Assembly (NCBI RefSeq): GCF_006345805.1
Contig: NC_043012.1
Coordinates: 39,680,001-39,744,000, forward strand
Length of the DNA stretch: 64,000 nucleotides
Direction: 5' to 3'
DNA from: Octopus sinensis
Lineage: Eukaryota
The position numbers and the translations under genes were made by a program. Of the stretch, positions 40,573 through 54,519 are shown in pieces. The notes beneath the pieces were generated by a model, which did no database searches, was not told where the DNA came from, and saw nothing but the letters and a program-made list of their open reading frames with translations. Within the stretch, counting starts at the first letter, position 1, and the number at the start of each line of letters is the position of its first letter.

Positions 40573-40723
40573 GATGGGCTTCTTTTAGAGTCGACTAAAT
40601 CCACTCACGAAGCTCTGGTCGGTCCGAGGCTATAGTAGAAGACACTTACCCAAGTGCCAGACAGTGGATCTGAACCCGGAACCATGTCATTGCTAAGCAA
40701 GCTACTTACCACACAGCCACTCC
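40215..40723 (-). mobile_element. SINE family A, full length with ~150-bp internal (CA)n(TA)n
   Basis: Reverse-complement head CACACAGCCACTCC next to (TA)n; body and tail collinear with the 5731 copy. Confidence 0.88.
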
Positions 40724-40724
40724 A

Positions 40725-40775
<51 letters not shown>

Positions 40776-41101
40776 ATATATTATATATATTATACACTTT
40801 GTAGATCCAGTATAGGTACAATCTTGATTTTCTTGCTATAATTTGTTATTCTCGCACCATTTCGGCATCAATTTTCTTCGCGTTTTTCTTCGCGTTTCTT
40901 TCCATTTTATCATTGTCCAGCGTCCTAGTTTTCTAACGCATAAAAAGAGCTTTAAAAATTGCTCTGTGGAACTTGGCGTATTTTATAAATATGCCTATTT
41001 AAAATATCATAAATGCGTTGAAACTATCAGTAATTGTTATATAATGTGTATTAAATGTATATAAAATCTATTACATATGCCATTTCCTATCTTATTAACA
41101 C

Positions 41102-41134
<33 letters not shown>

Positions 41135-41287
41135 TTATATATATAATATATATCCAATATTTAATATTAAAGTATTTCTTGTCATAAGTCTGCAAATATT
41201 TTAACTTTCATTCTGTATCCGCTTGCCAAGATATATATATATAATATATATATATATATTATATTATATATATATTATGTATGTGTA

Positions 41288-41342
<55 letters not shown>

Positions 41343-41560
41343 CCGATTCCTTCCGTCGGATTTGTGTTTACTTGCGTTTTTATCAAATATTGTTTTCATA
41401 ATGAATTATTTTTGATTTAACAATGTGTATGTGTGCGCATGCGCACGAAATAACATATCGAAAAAAATTTCAAAAACCTCTAAAATATTTATTAATATCT
41501 TTCTTTTTTTATTCTGTTTGCAGGTGAGTACTGGATATTTTCTGTTTTCATATTCTGCAG

Positions 41561-41629
41561 TCGGATTTACTAACATCGCTTCTGGATTTACTAATCTCGC
41601 ACCTGGGAAAGGATTAAGTGTATCCACTG
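41561..41629 (+). other. Candidate 69-nt symmetric (phase 1-1) exon, xGFTNIASGFTNLAPGKGLSVSTx; alternative acceptor at 41523
   Basis: ttttctgttttcatattctgcAG|TCGG...CACTG|GTACGT; upstream ttcttttttattctgtttgcAG|GTGAGT; AG-free run upstream of the first acceptor. Confidence 0.45.
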
Positions 41630-41723
41630 GTACGTACTTTAATAATTGTCTCTTTGAAAGAAAAAAAATTGGTTTTCAGTTTCCTTTGAAAAAAATGGTC
41701 AAGAAAATAAATGAAAATCATAT

Positions 41724-41754
<31 letters not shown>

Positions 41755-41874
41755 TGATTGCATTATATATGCAGCCACGTAGACAGAACTGGACACAAAC
41801 CCTATACACACGCACAGACAGCTGTACACACAAATACTACAACACAAACACATACATATATATATATATATATA

Positions 41875-41906
<32 letters not shown>

Positions 41907-42541
41907 GTAATATATAATATATATATGCACTTATATACATAACACATTCAAACATGTACACACAACACTCCAGTCTTGCATGTATATAATTATCTTCCGT
42001 TACATTACATCTAAGATTAAAAACGAGGTAACACGTGATGTAAATAAATGGTCATATTTCTTTGTATTGTGTTGTTTCCTGCTCATTGTTTACGAATCAA
42101 AAAATGGTGACATTAATACAGATGCCTTCGCTAAGTTCCTGTAACTTCTTCTTACTGATGTGTTAATATGAATATTATAGATATTGCTGTTGTTATTGTT
42201 GTATGTTGCTTTCAAAATAATTGAAGAAAATTTGGAAAATCAGAAAGAATATTTTACGTTTTTTTCCTTTCGTTTCGTACGGTTTCCTTTCGTTTCGTAT
42301 CGTTTCGTTTTCCAATAGTTGGAAAAAATAATCTGCTTTGTTGTTAATGTATTGTTATTGCAACCTTTGTACGATTTCTGAATATTGCTATGGCATTCAC
42401 ACGTTCAGACATCCAACAATATCTTTGATCAATGCTGTGTAAAAGCTTTTAATTCTTCTGCTACTATGGTTTGTGGTATTCATAGCACTGTCTTCATGCG
42501 TGTGGTATGTGTGTATGTGTGAGCATTTTGTGATATATAAT

Positions 42542-42617
<76 letters not shown>

Positions 42618-42720
42618 ATATATTTATGTATGTTGTATAATTATGTATGTATGTATATATTTATGTATGTATGTATATATTTATGTATGTATGTATATAT
42701 TTATGTATGTATATATATAT

Positions 42721-42776
<56 letters not shown>

Positions 42777-43117
42777 CTAGCGTATTACCCGTCAAAATTA
42801 TGGAATCTGAATATGCAACATATTATTGAAACGTAGTGTGTATAAAAGTGAAAGATTGAGCAGAGAATATTGGCTGACGTGTAAAGTCGTAGATAGAGCT
42901 GAGCTTATGGTAGAAGCAACAATAATTACATGAAATTGATAACAGAAAAACAGCTGCGCATGTGCCAGATTAATGACAGTGGTTTAGGTAAATCCACTTT
43001 CTGTACTAATTAGTCTTTCCTACTCGCTTTCTACCTATGTATCTCTGTCTCTTTCCTGTTGTTTCTTTATGTTTCTCTCGCAGACCTCCCCTCTTTCTCT
43101 CTTCCTCTCTCTTTCTC

Positions 43118-43161
<44 letters not shown>

Positions 43162-43440
43162 CTGTACATATATATATATCTATATCATTTCCTCGAAATA
43201 TTTTAGTATTTATCGACCACTCTATCATATGAAACTTAATAAACATTATTTTTATAGTGAGGAAATGACAATCTTCGTTCAAATATCGGTTTCTAACACC
43301 CGAAACAAAGATTATCAATTTCCCTTTATAACTAGATTCATTTGGTACAAGACTTCATGTTTATTTATGTATATAACCATCCTTGTATATGTACTTGTTC
43401 GTAATATATACATATATATAAAGTTTAGCCCAAACACCTT

Positions 43441-43475
<35 letters not shown>

Positions 43476-43647
43476 TTGGTTTCGTATTGGTAGATGGGTG
43501 TGTATAACATTCGCAAAGTATGACTGAATCAAAATCAAAATAGGATTATATGCATACAATCATACATACGTGCGCACAAATACACACAAATCTAACTATC
43601 TACACACACACACAACTCCATTGGTCTCTTCATATTTTTTTATATAA

Positions 43648-44045
43648 TCTTTATATATAAAAGTGAGGTTGTGTGCTGTCTGTCTCCTACGATTTAGATT
43701 CCTAACTACTCCCACATTTTGCGGTGCAGTTTAACCAAAAGCGGGTATCTTATAGTCGTGATTCATATCGAGCCCTTCTGGGTATTAGCGCGCGTCTACG
43801 ATGAGTCTACGATTTTTAAAAAAAATTACTATAATTTTTTCCATTTTAATGCATTTTTTCGCTATTATATTAGGGAAGTAACTCTCTAAAAATGTCTACG
43901 TTGAGTCAACGATTTAAAAAAAAATTTACCATCATTTTTTTCCATTTTTAATGCATTTTTTGCTATTTTTTGGCTATAACTCTCTAAAAATGCTTATATA
44001 GTTATTTCCCTTACAAACCCGAGCAACGCCGGGCGATACTGCTAG
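43648..44045 (+). mobile_element. Non-autonomous Helitron
   Basis: A|TCTTTATATATAAAAG 5' end; 3' hairpin CCCGAGCAACGCCGGG then CTAG|T; internal ~85-bp duplication. Confidence 0.85.
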
Positions 44046-45917
44046 TTTATAATAATTTATGATTAAGATATACTCATTGACTCCATTAACAAAACAAGTC
44101 TTCTAAAACATCGTGCGATAAGAATTCTACATATATCCAAGTAGTCTGGGCCACCCTGTTTTTTTGTTTCGTTTACTCAAAGACACAGCAGGATACTTTC
44201 CAGCCTGTCACATTAATTCTATCGGCTTCGGATCTCTGTACTGAGCGTAATAGGTAAAAAGTTGATATAGTTTGGCTAATAGAAGAAAAGTCATCGGGAC
44301 ACTGGATGGGAAAGGAAAAAAGATTGCCAGAAAAGCAACAACAGGAAGTGAATAAACTGAGAAGTATGCGGGGGATGATATGGTTGCGATTGCTAGAATA
44401 TTGTTAGGTGACGATAAACATTCAGATTAGCAAATAAAACTTCAAAATGAACCATCATGAGGACAGCAAATAGATTTGAATTGATTTCATATCGATATTG
44501 AAACAGCAGACATTCGAAGAGCAAAGCTGTAGAAAATAGTATGGATATTGTTACAAGAATGATGGATCGTTTTGTAGGTTTAAAGACTGCCATAAATATT
44601 TTTTCTGTGTGTTAAGGAGGTGGGGCAAATATGCGTATTGCAACGTGGAATCCATAAAAATAAGACGTCAATTCAAGATATAATTGCATTTTAGTATATC
44701 CTAGTATTTAAGCCTTTTTTTTTCTTTCTGTTTTATTTCAAAAAAGTATTTTCCATGTAATGTTAGAATATTTTACTTGATAACATGTTACGTGAGTGTG
44801 TATATACACGCACAGAGATAGGTATGCACAAATATACAGAGATGCTGAATATTCATGTTTTTGTTTTTTTTTTATTTTGCTGGGTATTTTTTTTTATCAA
44901 CAGAAGAATGTAATTCCGTTATGACTATGAAAAAAAAAATATAGAACCCTTCCTTCCAAGAAAAAAAAAACAGGAATGTTTCTTCAGAGAAAGAAATTAT
45001 ATAATTCCTACATAGATAAAATGTCGTTATATCAGTTATTTGAATCAAGAAGCAATTTCTTCGGCAGAGGGAAAATCGGAGGAATTTAGTGGTGTAGAAT
45101 TGGTAAATCTAGTTCTATCAATATATCGATTTTTTATTATTATTTTATTCCTTATTTTCTGCAAATGCAAAAGTACTCTGTCACAGAATAAACCTCCCTG
45201 TACCCTGTAACTTCTAAAATGTGTGCGCCCGTTCTAAATAAATATGTTAAGTCGGGTGATGATCAATTGTACCTCCCATATTGTCCGGTTCCACCGGTCT
45301 AATGAGGAAGACTTTCTATGGATGTCCCACCTGCTAAAAATAGCAGTCTAATCTCTCTCAAATAATAACTTACATCTGAACATATAGAAATATACTTTGG
45401 ACAATGTAATCCCGAACTTAAAATAGATGGGAATGTCATATGTGGAATACTTTCAATGACAGGATGGATGAATAAAAGATGTTCTGGAGTTAAACTAGAG
45501 CATCAACGACAACAGTTTGCAAACTGAAGAATCTTTGTGCAATTGGTTGATTTGGTAGACATGGCAGCCAACTCACAGCCCAGGCTTTATAAAACGAAGG
45601 ACGCACCCATGAATGAGTCTTCAAGTGGTCGCTTGAAAAACTCATGCGTCAAAACTTGCCGTCTAATGCGGTCATAAGAAAACGACGAGATGGTCATACC
45701 TGGATTTTTTTTATCACAGTCTGCTCTAATGAAGAGTATTTAACTTTAAACAACAAAACTATAACTTCAGCAGAGTTTTAGTAAAGAAGTAAAAGTGAAA
45801 CGCACGTGCTTCAACTCAACTCAGCGCAGAACGACGATTGGTAACCACTTGCTATCAAGCACACACACAGACACACCTTACTTCTTTGTCACACACACAC
45901 ACACACACATTTACACA

Positions 45918-45982
<65 letters not shown>

Positions 45983-46057
45983 GCACACAGACACTTATAT
46001 ACATAGACACAAACACAGTGAAGGGAGTAGTTGAAAACAGTTACTTTGATATATATT

Positions 46058-46092
<35 letters not shown>

Positions 46093-46213
46093 ATGTGTGT
46101 GTGTGTGTAGAAACGGACATGCATTAGACCGAACAAGTGCCACTTACTGCGATCTGCCAAATGCAATATTTCTCAATTTCCTGGTGCCATTCCTTCTCCA
46201 TTTCCTGTCAAAG

Positions 46214-46335
46214 ATGGCAACATCGACCAGAGAGCAGCAGTGTCATATTTCTGTAATCTACTTCAGTCTACGCACAATTCCACAGAATCCTTTAAAATCG
46301 ATGTATTTGGGTTTTCGTAATAGTTTAGATTGGTA
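46214..46335 (+). mobile_element. Possible degenerate mariner N-terminal remnant
   Basis: MATSTREQQCHISVIYF loosely resembles mariner starts of the M..TREEQRAVI.F type. Confidence 0.25.
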
Positions 46336-46427
46336 ACTCTGATGTTAACAAGGTGAGAAGGGTGTTAAAAGCAGGAACATCTATGTACTTATATATAAAT
46401 ATATACATAGACATAAGTATATATCTA

Positions 46428-46491
<64 letters not shown>

Positions 46492-46841
46492 TTAAAAAAC
46501 ACACAGACAAACACACTACACAGATTATACACAAGCACGTATGCATTAGCATGCACACACATATCTGTGTTTTATGTATTTGATTTCTAACTTGTGAGCA
46601 GTTTCCAGATAAACGTAAAAAATATTCATTAAAAGCTCTGTGTTATAATATATATTGAGTACGTTCTAAGTAGAGTTCCTTTTAGTAATTAATCTTATAT
46701 CCAGTGACTGTGTGTATATAGATATGTAACGTGTGTGCACGAGCGTACACACACATATAAAATCTGGAACCAGAAAAGGTACTCTGTTACTTGGAGAAAA
46801 TTTTGTTTGTAAAATTGAAGGAAATTAACAGGATTGGTGAG

Positions 46842-46903
46842 GAAGGAAGGAAGGAAGGAAGGAAGGAGGAAGGAAGGAAGAAAGGAAGAAAGAAAGAAAG
46901 AAA

Positions 46904-46965
<62 letters not shown>
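46842..46965 (+). repeat. (GGAA)n/(GAAA)n polypurine microsatellite
   Basis: Direct reading. Confidence 0.95.
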
Positions 46966-46966
<1 letters not shown>

Positions 46967-47201
46967 GAAATTGAATAAAAAATGTGAGACGGGAACTGAT
47001 AGTCAATGGGAGAGGTCAGAGGAAAATGGATAGATAGATAGATAGATAGATAGCGGTAAGTTGGTACAGAGGTAAATAGAAGCGAATCGATAGAGAGAGA
47101 GAGAGAAGGAAGGACAGAGACAGAGAAATAAATGGTAAGATCAAAGAGAAAGGTAGAGAATGTAACTGATAAAGGAAAAGATATATGTACATGCATCTAT
47201 T

Positions 47202-47245
<44 letters not shown>

Positions 47246-47810
47246 TAAACGTGTGCAGCCATACAGACTTCCTATCGCCAACTTTAACCTATTCGCTTGA
47301 TTTTCACTTGCGACGATCATTATTATATTTCGAGACTACTTTGTCAAAGCCACTTTGTCCGAGTCTTGGAACTTCCACTTTCCACCTCCCGTTCTTTCCA
47401 ATGTTACTAATGTGATTAATGATTAATGATTTTTGTCTCATACTCATAAAATCAAATCAATTTTCGCTGTATCATTCCGATCGTGTGTCAAAATGGCGTC
47501 CGTCTATCTGTGTGACAGTAACTTTGTGTTCTAAAACTGATGCGTTCACTATTATACCCCACCCTGAATCTAGCTGACCAACACCAATGATTACAACTGA
47601 AGGTGTCTGGAGATGATTGAAATATGAAGAGCAAATTGATCGACATAGCACATCTTAAACCAGTTTAAATGGATTAAGTGGTTTATCCGTTAAGTAATGT
47701 AACATCTAATTACCACTCTATTTTAAAAGGAATAAATATAGGTTAACTTTTTATTATTGGAAAAAGGGATAACAACTTAAGAGGAGAAAATTCCCTTTCT
47801 AATATTTGTA

Positions 47811-48034
47811 AAGGCGGTGAGCTGGCAGAACCGTTAGCAGGTTAGGCAAAATGCTTAGCGGTATATTACGTCCGTCCTTACATTCTAAGTTCAAATTCTG
47901 CCAAGATCGACTTTGCCATTCAACCTTTCGAGGTAGACAAAATTAAGTAGCACTGAAACACTGGGGTAGGGTGTCGATTTAATCTACAAGACACCTCCCC
48001 AAAAATTTCAGGCCTTGTTCCTTTAGTAGAAAGG
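47811..48034 (+). mobile_element. SINE family B followed by (ATT)n then (AGT)n
   Basis: Head AAGGCGGTGAGCTGGCAGAA, tail GGCCTTGTTCCTTTAGTAGAAAGG. Confidence 0.85.
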
Positions 48035-48146
<112 letters not shown>

Positions 48147-48300
48147 TTGTTATCATCATCATAATAATTCCGCCGAGGTCTACTTCGTCTTTCATCCCTT
48201 TCGGGCTCGATAAAATAAGTACCAGTGTTCTAATGGGGTTAACCCAAACCCCTTTAAATTGCTGGTCTTATGCCAAAATTTTAAACCAATATCTGTGTAT

Positions 48301-48873
48301 AGGCGGTGAGCTGGTGGAGGCGTTAGCAGGTCATGTAAAATGCTTAGCAGTATTTTGTCTGCCGCTGTGTTCTGAGTTCAAAATCCGTCTTTCACTTTCA
48401 TCCTTTTGGGGTCGATAAATTAAGTACCAGTTACGCACTGGGGTCGATGTAATCGTCTTAATACATACGTCTGTCCTTGTTTGTCCCCTCTGTGTTTAGC
48501 TCCTTGTGGGTAATAAAGAAATGGGTATTTCATCTGCCGCTACGTTCTGAGTTCAAATTCCACCGAGGTCAACTTTGCTTTTCATCCTTTCGGAGTCGAT
48601 TAAATATGTACCAGTTACGCACTGGAGTCGATATAATCGACTTAATACGTTTCTCTGTCCTTGTTTGTCCTCTCTGTGTTTAGCCCCTTGTGGGTAGTAA
48701 AGAAATAGGTATTCACCCGCTACTACGTTCTGAGTTCAAATTCCGCCGAGGTAGACTTTACTTTTCATCTTTTCGGGGTCGATAAATTAAGTACCAGTTG
48801 CTTACTAGGATCTTTCTAAACGACTGTCCTCCTCCCCCAAAATTTCGGGCCCTGTGCCTAGATTAAAAAAGAA
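48301..48873 (+). mobile_element. SINE family B, trimeric form (one head, two ~175-184-nt modules, then standard body and tail)
   Basis: Modules start at 48350, 48525 and 48709, each beginning GTATT. Confidence 0.88.
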
Positions 48874-49373
48874 TATTTATTTTAATAAGGAAGCATCTTT
48901 CTATATAGGTGTATACGTGTGTGTGTGTGTGTGAGAGAGAGAGCGAGAGGGAGCTTGTGTGCGCACAGATGACTGTATATGCAAGGAGGGGCGTAGCTCA
49001 GTGTATCTGAGTGTGTCTGTGAATGTTTCTATTTGGATGTGTACATACCGATGTATATGGTGAAGTGGGTGTAGACAAGTGTGCTTGCGCATGTATGCGT
49101 CAGTGTAAATGCGTGGGGTTGGGTAGGCCATTGTGTGCGTTTGTGTAGAGATCACTGCATATGCTGCTGAATGTGTGCGAGTGTGTATGTGTCTGTACGT
49201 GGGTGTATGCATATCAGGGTATGTGCGGGAATCTTTGTAGATCAGTGTGTGTGTAAGTGTGTGTAATAGAATACTCATTTGCTTTCTCAACTGTTCCATT
49301 CCAAGATTTCCATTTCAAGCTAGAATAACTTCGATCTCTCGCAGAAGATGTTATTGAATATAAGAGTTCATAT

Positions 49374-49420
<47 letters not shown>

Positions 49421-49726
49421 GTATGTATGTATGTATATGAGTTCATATGTGCATGTGCTTGGTTTGCTGTACGGTACATACAGATGTTACATATATATAC
49501 ATATATATTCATTCACAGATACATAAATGAATGTTTGCATATATAAACATATATATATAGTATGTACATTATGGATGTGTGCGTGCGTGTGTGCGTGTGT
49601 GCAATATAATATACATATGCATTTGAAATATTAAAACATTTTCTTGTGGATTTATAGTGTGATTAAGGTATTTTTGTTTCAAATTCTTCAAACTGTTAAT
49701 ATTTCATTATAGTGGAAACACTTTAG

Positions 49727-49783
<57 letters not shown>

Positions 49784-50021
49784 ACTGGTCACTGCTATCC
49801 ATGCATGATATATTTAATGTTGGGTGATATGCCTTCCACCAACCATAGAACGTAACCTGTAATATAAGCACAAAACTGGCTGATCTGATTTCAAACTGTT
49901 CACAGGAAGATCGTTTCTGTTTTTGTTTTTTATTGTCTACGTAGGTTTTAAGCTTTCCAACATATAAGGGACAGAGTTCATCAGTCACACTTGTAGTCCT
50001 TTCTTTACCGTCTGCTTAGAT

Positions 50022-50330
50022 CAGTGGCTCTCAACTGGTGTCCATAGAAGATTTTGGGGGATCCAAACAAACCAAACAGCATATTAAGGGTTCGTGAAAA
50101 AAAATTTGTTTTGGATGTATTTATCGGAAGAAGCAACCAGATTTCTTTTTCTAACGTTCAACATACACACGTTAATATTTGAAAAACAAAATAGCAATTT
50201 TCACTGTAGTATCGATACAACTATCGATACAACTTTATACATCGAGAGGCCATGAGAGTCCATCAGAGAAAACTGTAATCAAAAGGTGTCCATAAATTAA
50301 GAAAAAATGAAAAATGGTTTGGAACAGCTG
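50022..50330 (-). mobile_element. hAT-type MITE (~310 bp)
   Basis: TIRs CAGTGGCTCTCAAC / GGTTTGGAACAGCTG; 8-bp flanks GCTTAGAT / ATTTACAT; ends match the 18235-19843 element. Confidence 0.65.
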
Positions 50331-50867
50331 ATTTACATCAATGAAGCGATGGTCTTCCTGAATTTCTACAACTCAATGTTTGCAAAGCAAACCCCCTTAA
50401 CAGTGAAAAAAAAAATGGACACTGGCTGAAATATTTCTCAGGGAATTTACCAAAACAAAACCACCCAAGGATTAGATGTGCTGTTAGACTGGGAAATGCA
50501 TTAGTGCCGGCATTCAGGTCAGTTTTCATTTGGAGTTTAAGGTAAAGAAATCGCCGACTGATTTATAAGTATCTAGAAGGCGCACATTTAACAAATTTAG
50601 AATTTCAACCGTAAAGACCTTGACTTGAATTGCTAACTCGAAAATATTGTCAAGATGTTTAGAATTATTAAAGTATCACCAAACATCACATTACTCGCCG
50701 TGACAGGCTGTTTTCATCGGTCGATGTGTTGAAAAACTCAGTATTACACATTCGCCATTTTACTTCTCACTTAAAAAATACATTTCTGTTTTCGGTAAGT
50801 CAATGAACTTGATATGAATGGTGGTGGCCTTTTACATAAATATAAAAGAGGCTGATATTCTCTGTAG

Positions 50868-50891
50868 TCTGCGATGAGAAGAGGCAGAAAG
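50868..50891 (+). other. Candidate 24-nt microexon
   Basis: gCTGATattctctgtAG|TCTGCGATGAGAAGAGGCAGAAAG|GTGAGT; strong donor, short pyrimidine tract. Confidence 0.2.
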
Positions 50892-52563
50892 GTGAGTTTG
50901 AGCTGTGTCTAATAACCAGTAGTTTTAACGGATTATGTGAAACAATGGTAATAAGTCTCATGGATGTAATCTAAAATAATTGCATATGGAGCAGCAACAA
51001 CACAATCCCTATACGTGTATTACAGTTTATGTCTTTCTTGAGTTTTCTTTTAAGATACTCAACAACTAGGCTAGGATGTGTGGAATCGATAATCAATGTG
51101 TGTTATGTAAACGAGTGGGTCATCTTACATGTATAGACAAAGTTGATGTCAGCGAAATTTGAACGTAGCAACTCCGTTAAGTGGTCGACTAATTCAGTTA
51201 TATCCTAGGCCCCTGTGTGCTTAATGTAGTCCTCATGGACAGTGCAACATCCACCGTCATTTTGAAGAGCTTCAGCATTGCTTACGTTGTCTCAATATAA
51301 ATTAGAAAGGTTTTCATACACTATTGTACAAACGCATTTATTCAATGTGAGACCGAATCTGGAAGCTGAGAGTTGCAAAACGAAACTTCTATCTTTTTAC
51401 TAAAGTGCGCCAGCATCACCAACAAGAACTACGATAACACACAGCCACACACCCACACGCTTGGTACTTTACACAGAACACAGTTTCGAATAATAAATGC
51501 TATAAATATAAACATTTAGATATTCCTTGTAAATATTTTATTTGCAAGTAAACGGAATCTAAACAAACAGTAGAATCTTGTAAAATACCGTAGAAATAAC
51601 ACGGGAACCAATATTGAAATACCGGATATGAATACTGTCAGGAGTTCAAAACGGTGTCAGGTTACTCACTGGAACGTGTCAAAATACTTTCGGAACTTAC
51701 TAATTTAGGATGGCTTTTAATATTTAAAGAAAATACTATCGACTTGAAGAAAAAGTTCTGTGCAAAATCGTTATCGTTAACTATGATAATATTGAAGCTG
51801 AAATCTGTAAAAGGCGAATAAAATCACGCTCAGTTGTGAAGTTAGACACACGCCACTGGTTCACATGGCGAGTTATGCAGAATGATGAAAGAAAAAAACT
51901 CTGGACTGGCTGTGGACAAGGATAATGATTGAAAGTCTTCGTCTTTGTGTGTAGACAGGTGGTTCTCATACATCTCTTTATACAAAACAAAATAGTCGAT
52001 TGAATAGTAAGGAGGAAACGCATCTTAAGAATTGAAGGGAAAAGGTCAACAGCAAACCAGGCAAATTCCAAAAGACATATGCTGAGACCGGTGAGATTTG
52101 AAATCAGATCGTTAAATACAGGCAATTAAAATCTTTCAAGGTAATTTCCCGCGGAGCACATTCACCAACAGCGTTTCTTCCACTCCACTTGGTATTTAAA
52201 ACAACCACCAAAGCAATTACAACATCAACAACAGCAACAAAATCAACATTAATTAAACTAATAGAAATAATATTAGCAAGAATAAAATTACAAACAACAG
52301 CAACATTAATGATGACGTTAATAATGATGATGATGATGTGTGAATAAACGAACTTCACTGGAATCAGCAAAGTAGGAGAGATGTTTTTTGTTTATAAACG
52401 CCTCATTAAAGATGCTCATTATTGGGAAATACTTAAAAAAATATCGCACGTTTATCAATAAAAACAACCAGATGGGAAACTAAGGACCACCTCATGATAT
52501 AAACACAAACATACACACACACTTATACCTTCACATATGGAGATGTACATCCACAATGTGTGT

Positions 52564-52604
<41 letters not shown>

Positions 52605-53450
52605 TGTGTGTGTGCATGCGAGCACTTTTGGCACGGAAAACCGTTCCCGTTTGGAATTTCTGTGATTCGAGGATTAATTGTATTAAATAATTAGAATTAT
52701 TTTGCTAACTAGACACCAACGACTATGTCTTAAGAGCATTTCCTTCCAATTAACACACCAATTAGCAAGGCAATGCAAACACATAAGCATACACTTTCAC
52801 ACACACATACACACTCACACACACACACATTCACTCATACGCTTACACACACACAAACTGGCAATGTCGTGCAGTGATACATACGCAGTTAAGGCGTGTG
52901 TAAATGCTTGGATTCGTGTGCGTGCTTATATGACACCGGATATATGTATATATGTGTGTGTGTGCGAGTTTGTGTGTGTGTAATTAAGATTCTGGTGAAA
53001 ACCTTGTAGAATGCTGTGCAAAGCTCATCTACAATTTTTCTACACCTGAGATGTAAAATAATAACTGCACAGCATCTCGTCTATCAAGTACAGGTGTGAG
53101 AATGAGTTGAGACAATTGTGGTGGTTTTAGATATTATTATTATTATTATTAGATAATAAAACGAATAGTTTATACCTGGTATCTTACTAGTAAAGCACGA
53201 CCACTTTCATTTATATATATATATACATATATATATGAGAAGTATTGGTATTTAGAAGACCCAAAGAGTGCCGGATAACACTAAGTAAGTGCTATGGAGA
53301 GACCGTAGTTAAAATCTTGGTTCGATAACGGTGTGTAAAAGGGTATATCTATGCATATAGATGTAAACCACACCACAAAACCCTTTTGAACGAGCAGCCC
53401 TGACTCTACAGCTCTATAACGGGAAATGACTAAACATGAACTGCTATCTG

Positions 53451-53771
53451 TTAAACTTTCTGGAAAAATTCAGGTGTTCTGATGATTTCAGAGCATTTAA
53501 AATGCTTTTTATGCTTTGGTACTGGGGATGTGTTTCCATCTTCTGTCTCTAGCTCCTTACGAACTTTGTAGAATAAAGATCTGACAACTTTTAAAACTCG
53601 AGACATTTCTAAATCACTATGCTCAGCCTTTATAACCGCAAAAACAGCATGTCTCTTCATTTCTTGAGTAAGCCGCGTGTCTGCCATTATTATTTTCTGA
53701 AACAAAGATTATACAGAGTTAACAAAAAATGCAGCAATGACCCAATGTCCTCAAATACCTTCCACACCCTG
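53451..53771 (-). mobile_element. 5' fragment of a maT/Bmmar1 (DD37D)-like Tc1/mariner element
   Basis: Minus strand TA-CAGGGTGTGGAAG TIR; ORF MKRHAVFAVIKAEHSDLEMSRVLKVVRSLFYKVRKELE..IRTPEF looks like a maT-type N-terminal HTH; no catalytic domain present. Confidence 0.6.
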
Positions 53772-54519
53772 TATATATATATATGTGTGTGTGTGTGTGG
53801 TGTGTGTGTGTGTGTATATATGGATATATATATGTGTGTGAGTGTGTGTGTATGGATAAATATGTGTGTGAGTGTGTATTTTTGTCTTAATACTGTTTTT
53901 GTTACTAAAATTGGTTCTTTGTCGTTTTTGTTGTTGTATTAAAGAAATACTTTTTTTGTTTTTGCTCTTGACGGTGTCGAGTTATATTTGTGGATGCGTG
54001 GGTAGTTGTAGTGAAGACGGCGTTGGTGATGATGGTGATGCTACCGATCATTGTATTGACAATAGTACTGGTACGGTTTTGGTATCAATGGTAGCGTGGA
54101 GGTAATATTGCGAAGGAGGCGATGGTTCTGATGGTTGCAGCGTTAGTAGTCAGTGGTTGTGGTTACGGTGATAGTGTTGCGCTATATTTTTGGAACACTC
54201 AGTATAAAGCCAGAGGGTAGTCTTGAAATGTATTTCTTCTTTTTTGCATTTTTAAAGAGGGTGAGTAGTGATGGGAGGAATATTTAGTAGATAGTGGTGG
54301 TAGTAGGAGTGATTCAAACCTAAAAAAAAATACCAATATATGCCGCGAGGTGAATTTTTGAAACTTACTTCATTCTTGCCTCATTGTCTTTTTTCTTTTC
54401 TTTTTTTTTTTTCTTTTCTTTTTATCTCTAATATTTCTTCCTCCATTTTGTTACATTTTCACTCCCCGGTGGCCAATTGAACGATATTTCATCTATGTAT
54501 TAGATTTGCCAATGAAAAA

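Noticed and set aside
42777-42800. Reverse Helitron 3' end (CTAGCGTATTACCCGTC)
   Set aside because: Hairpin incomplete and no 5' end found
51781-52125. Possible RTE-like LINE relic on the plus strand (EAEICKRRIK.., VCRQVVL)
   Set aside because: Similarity too weak to support without a profile search
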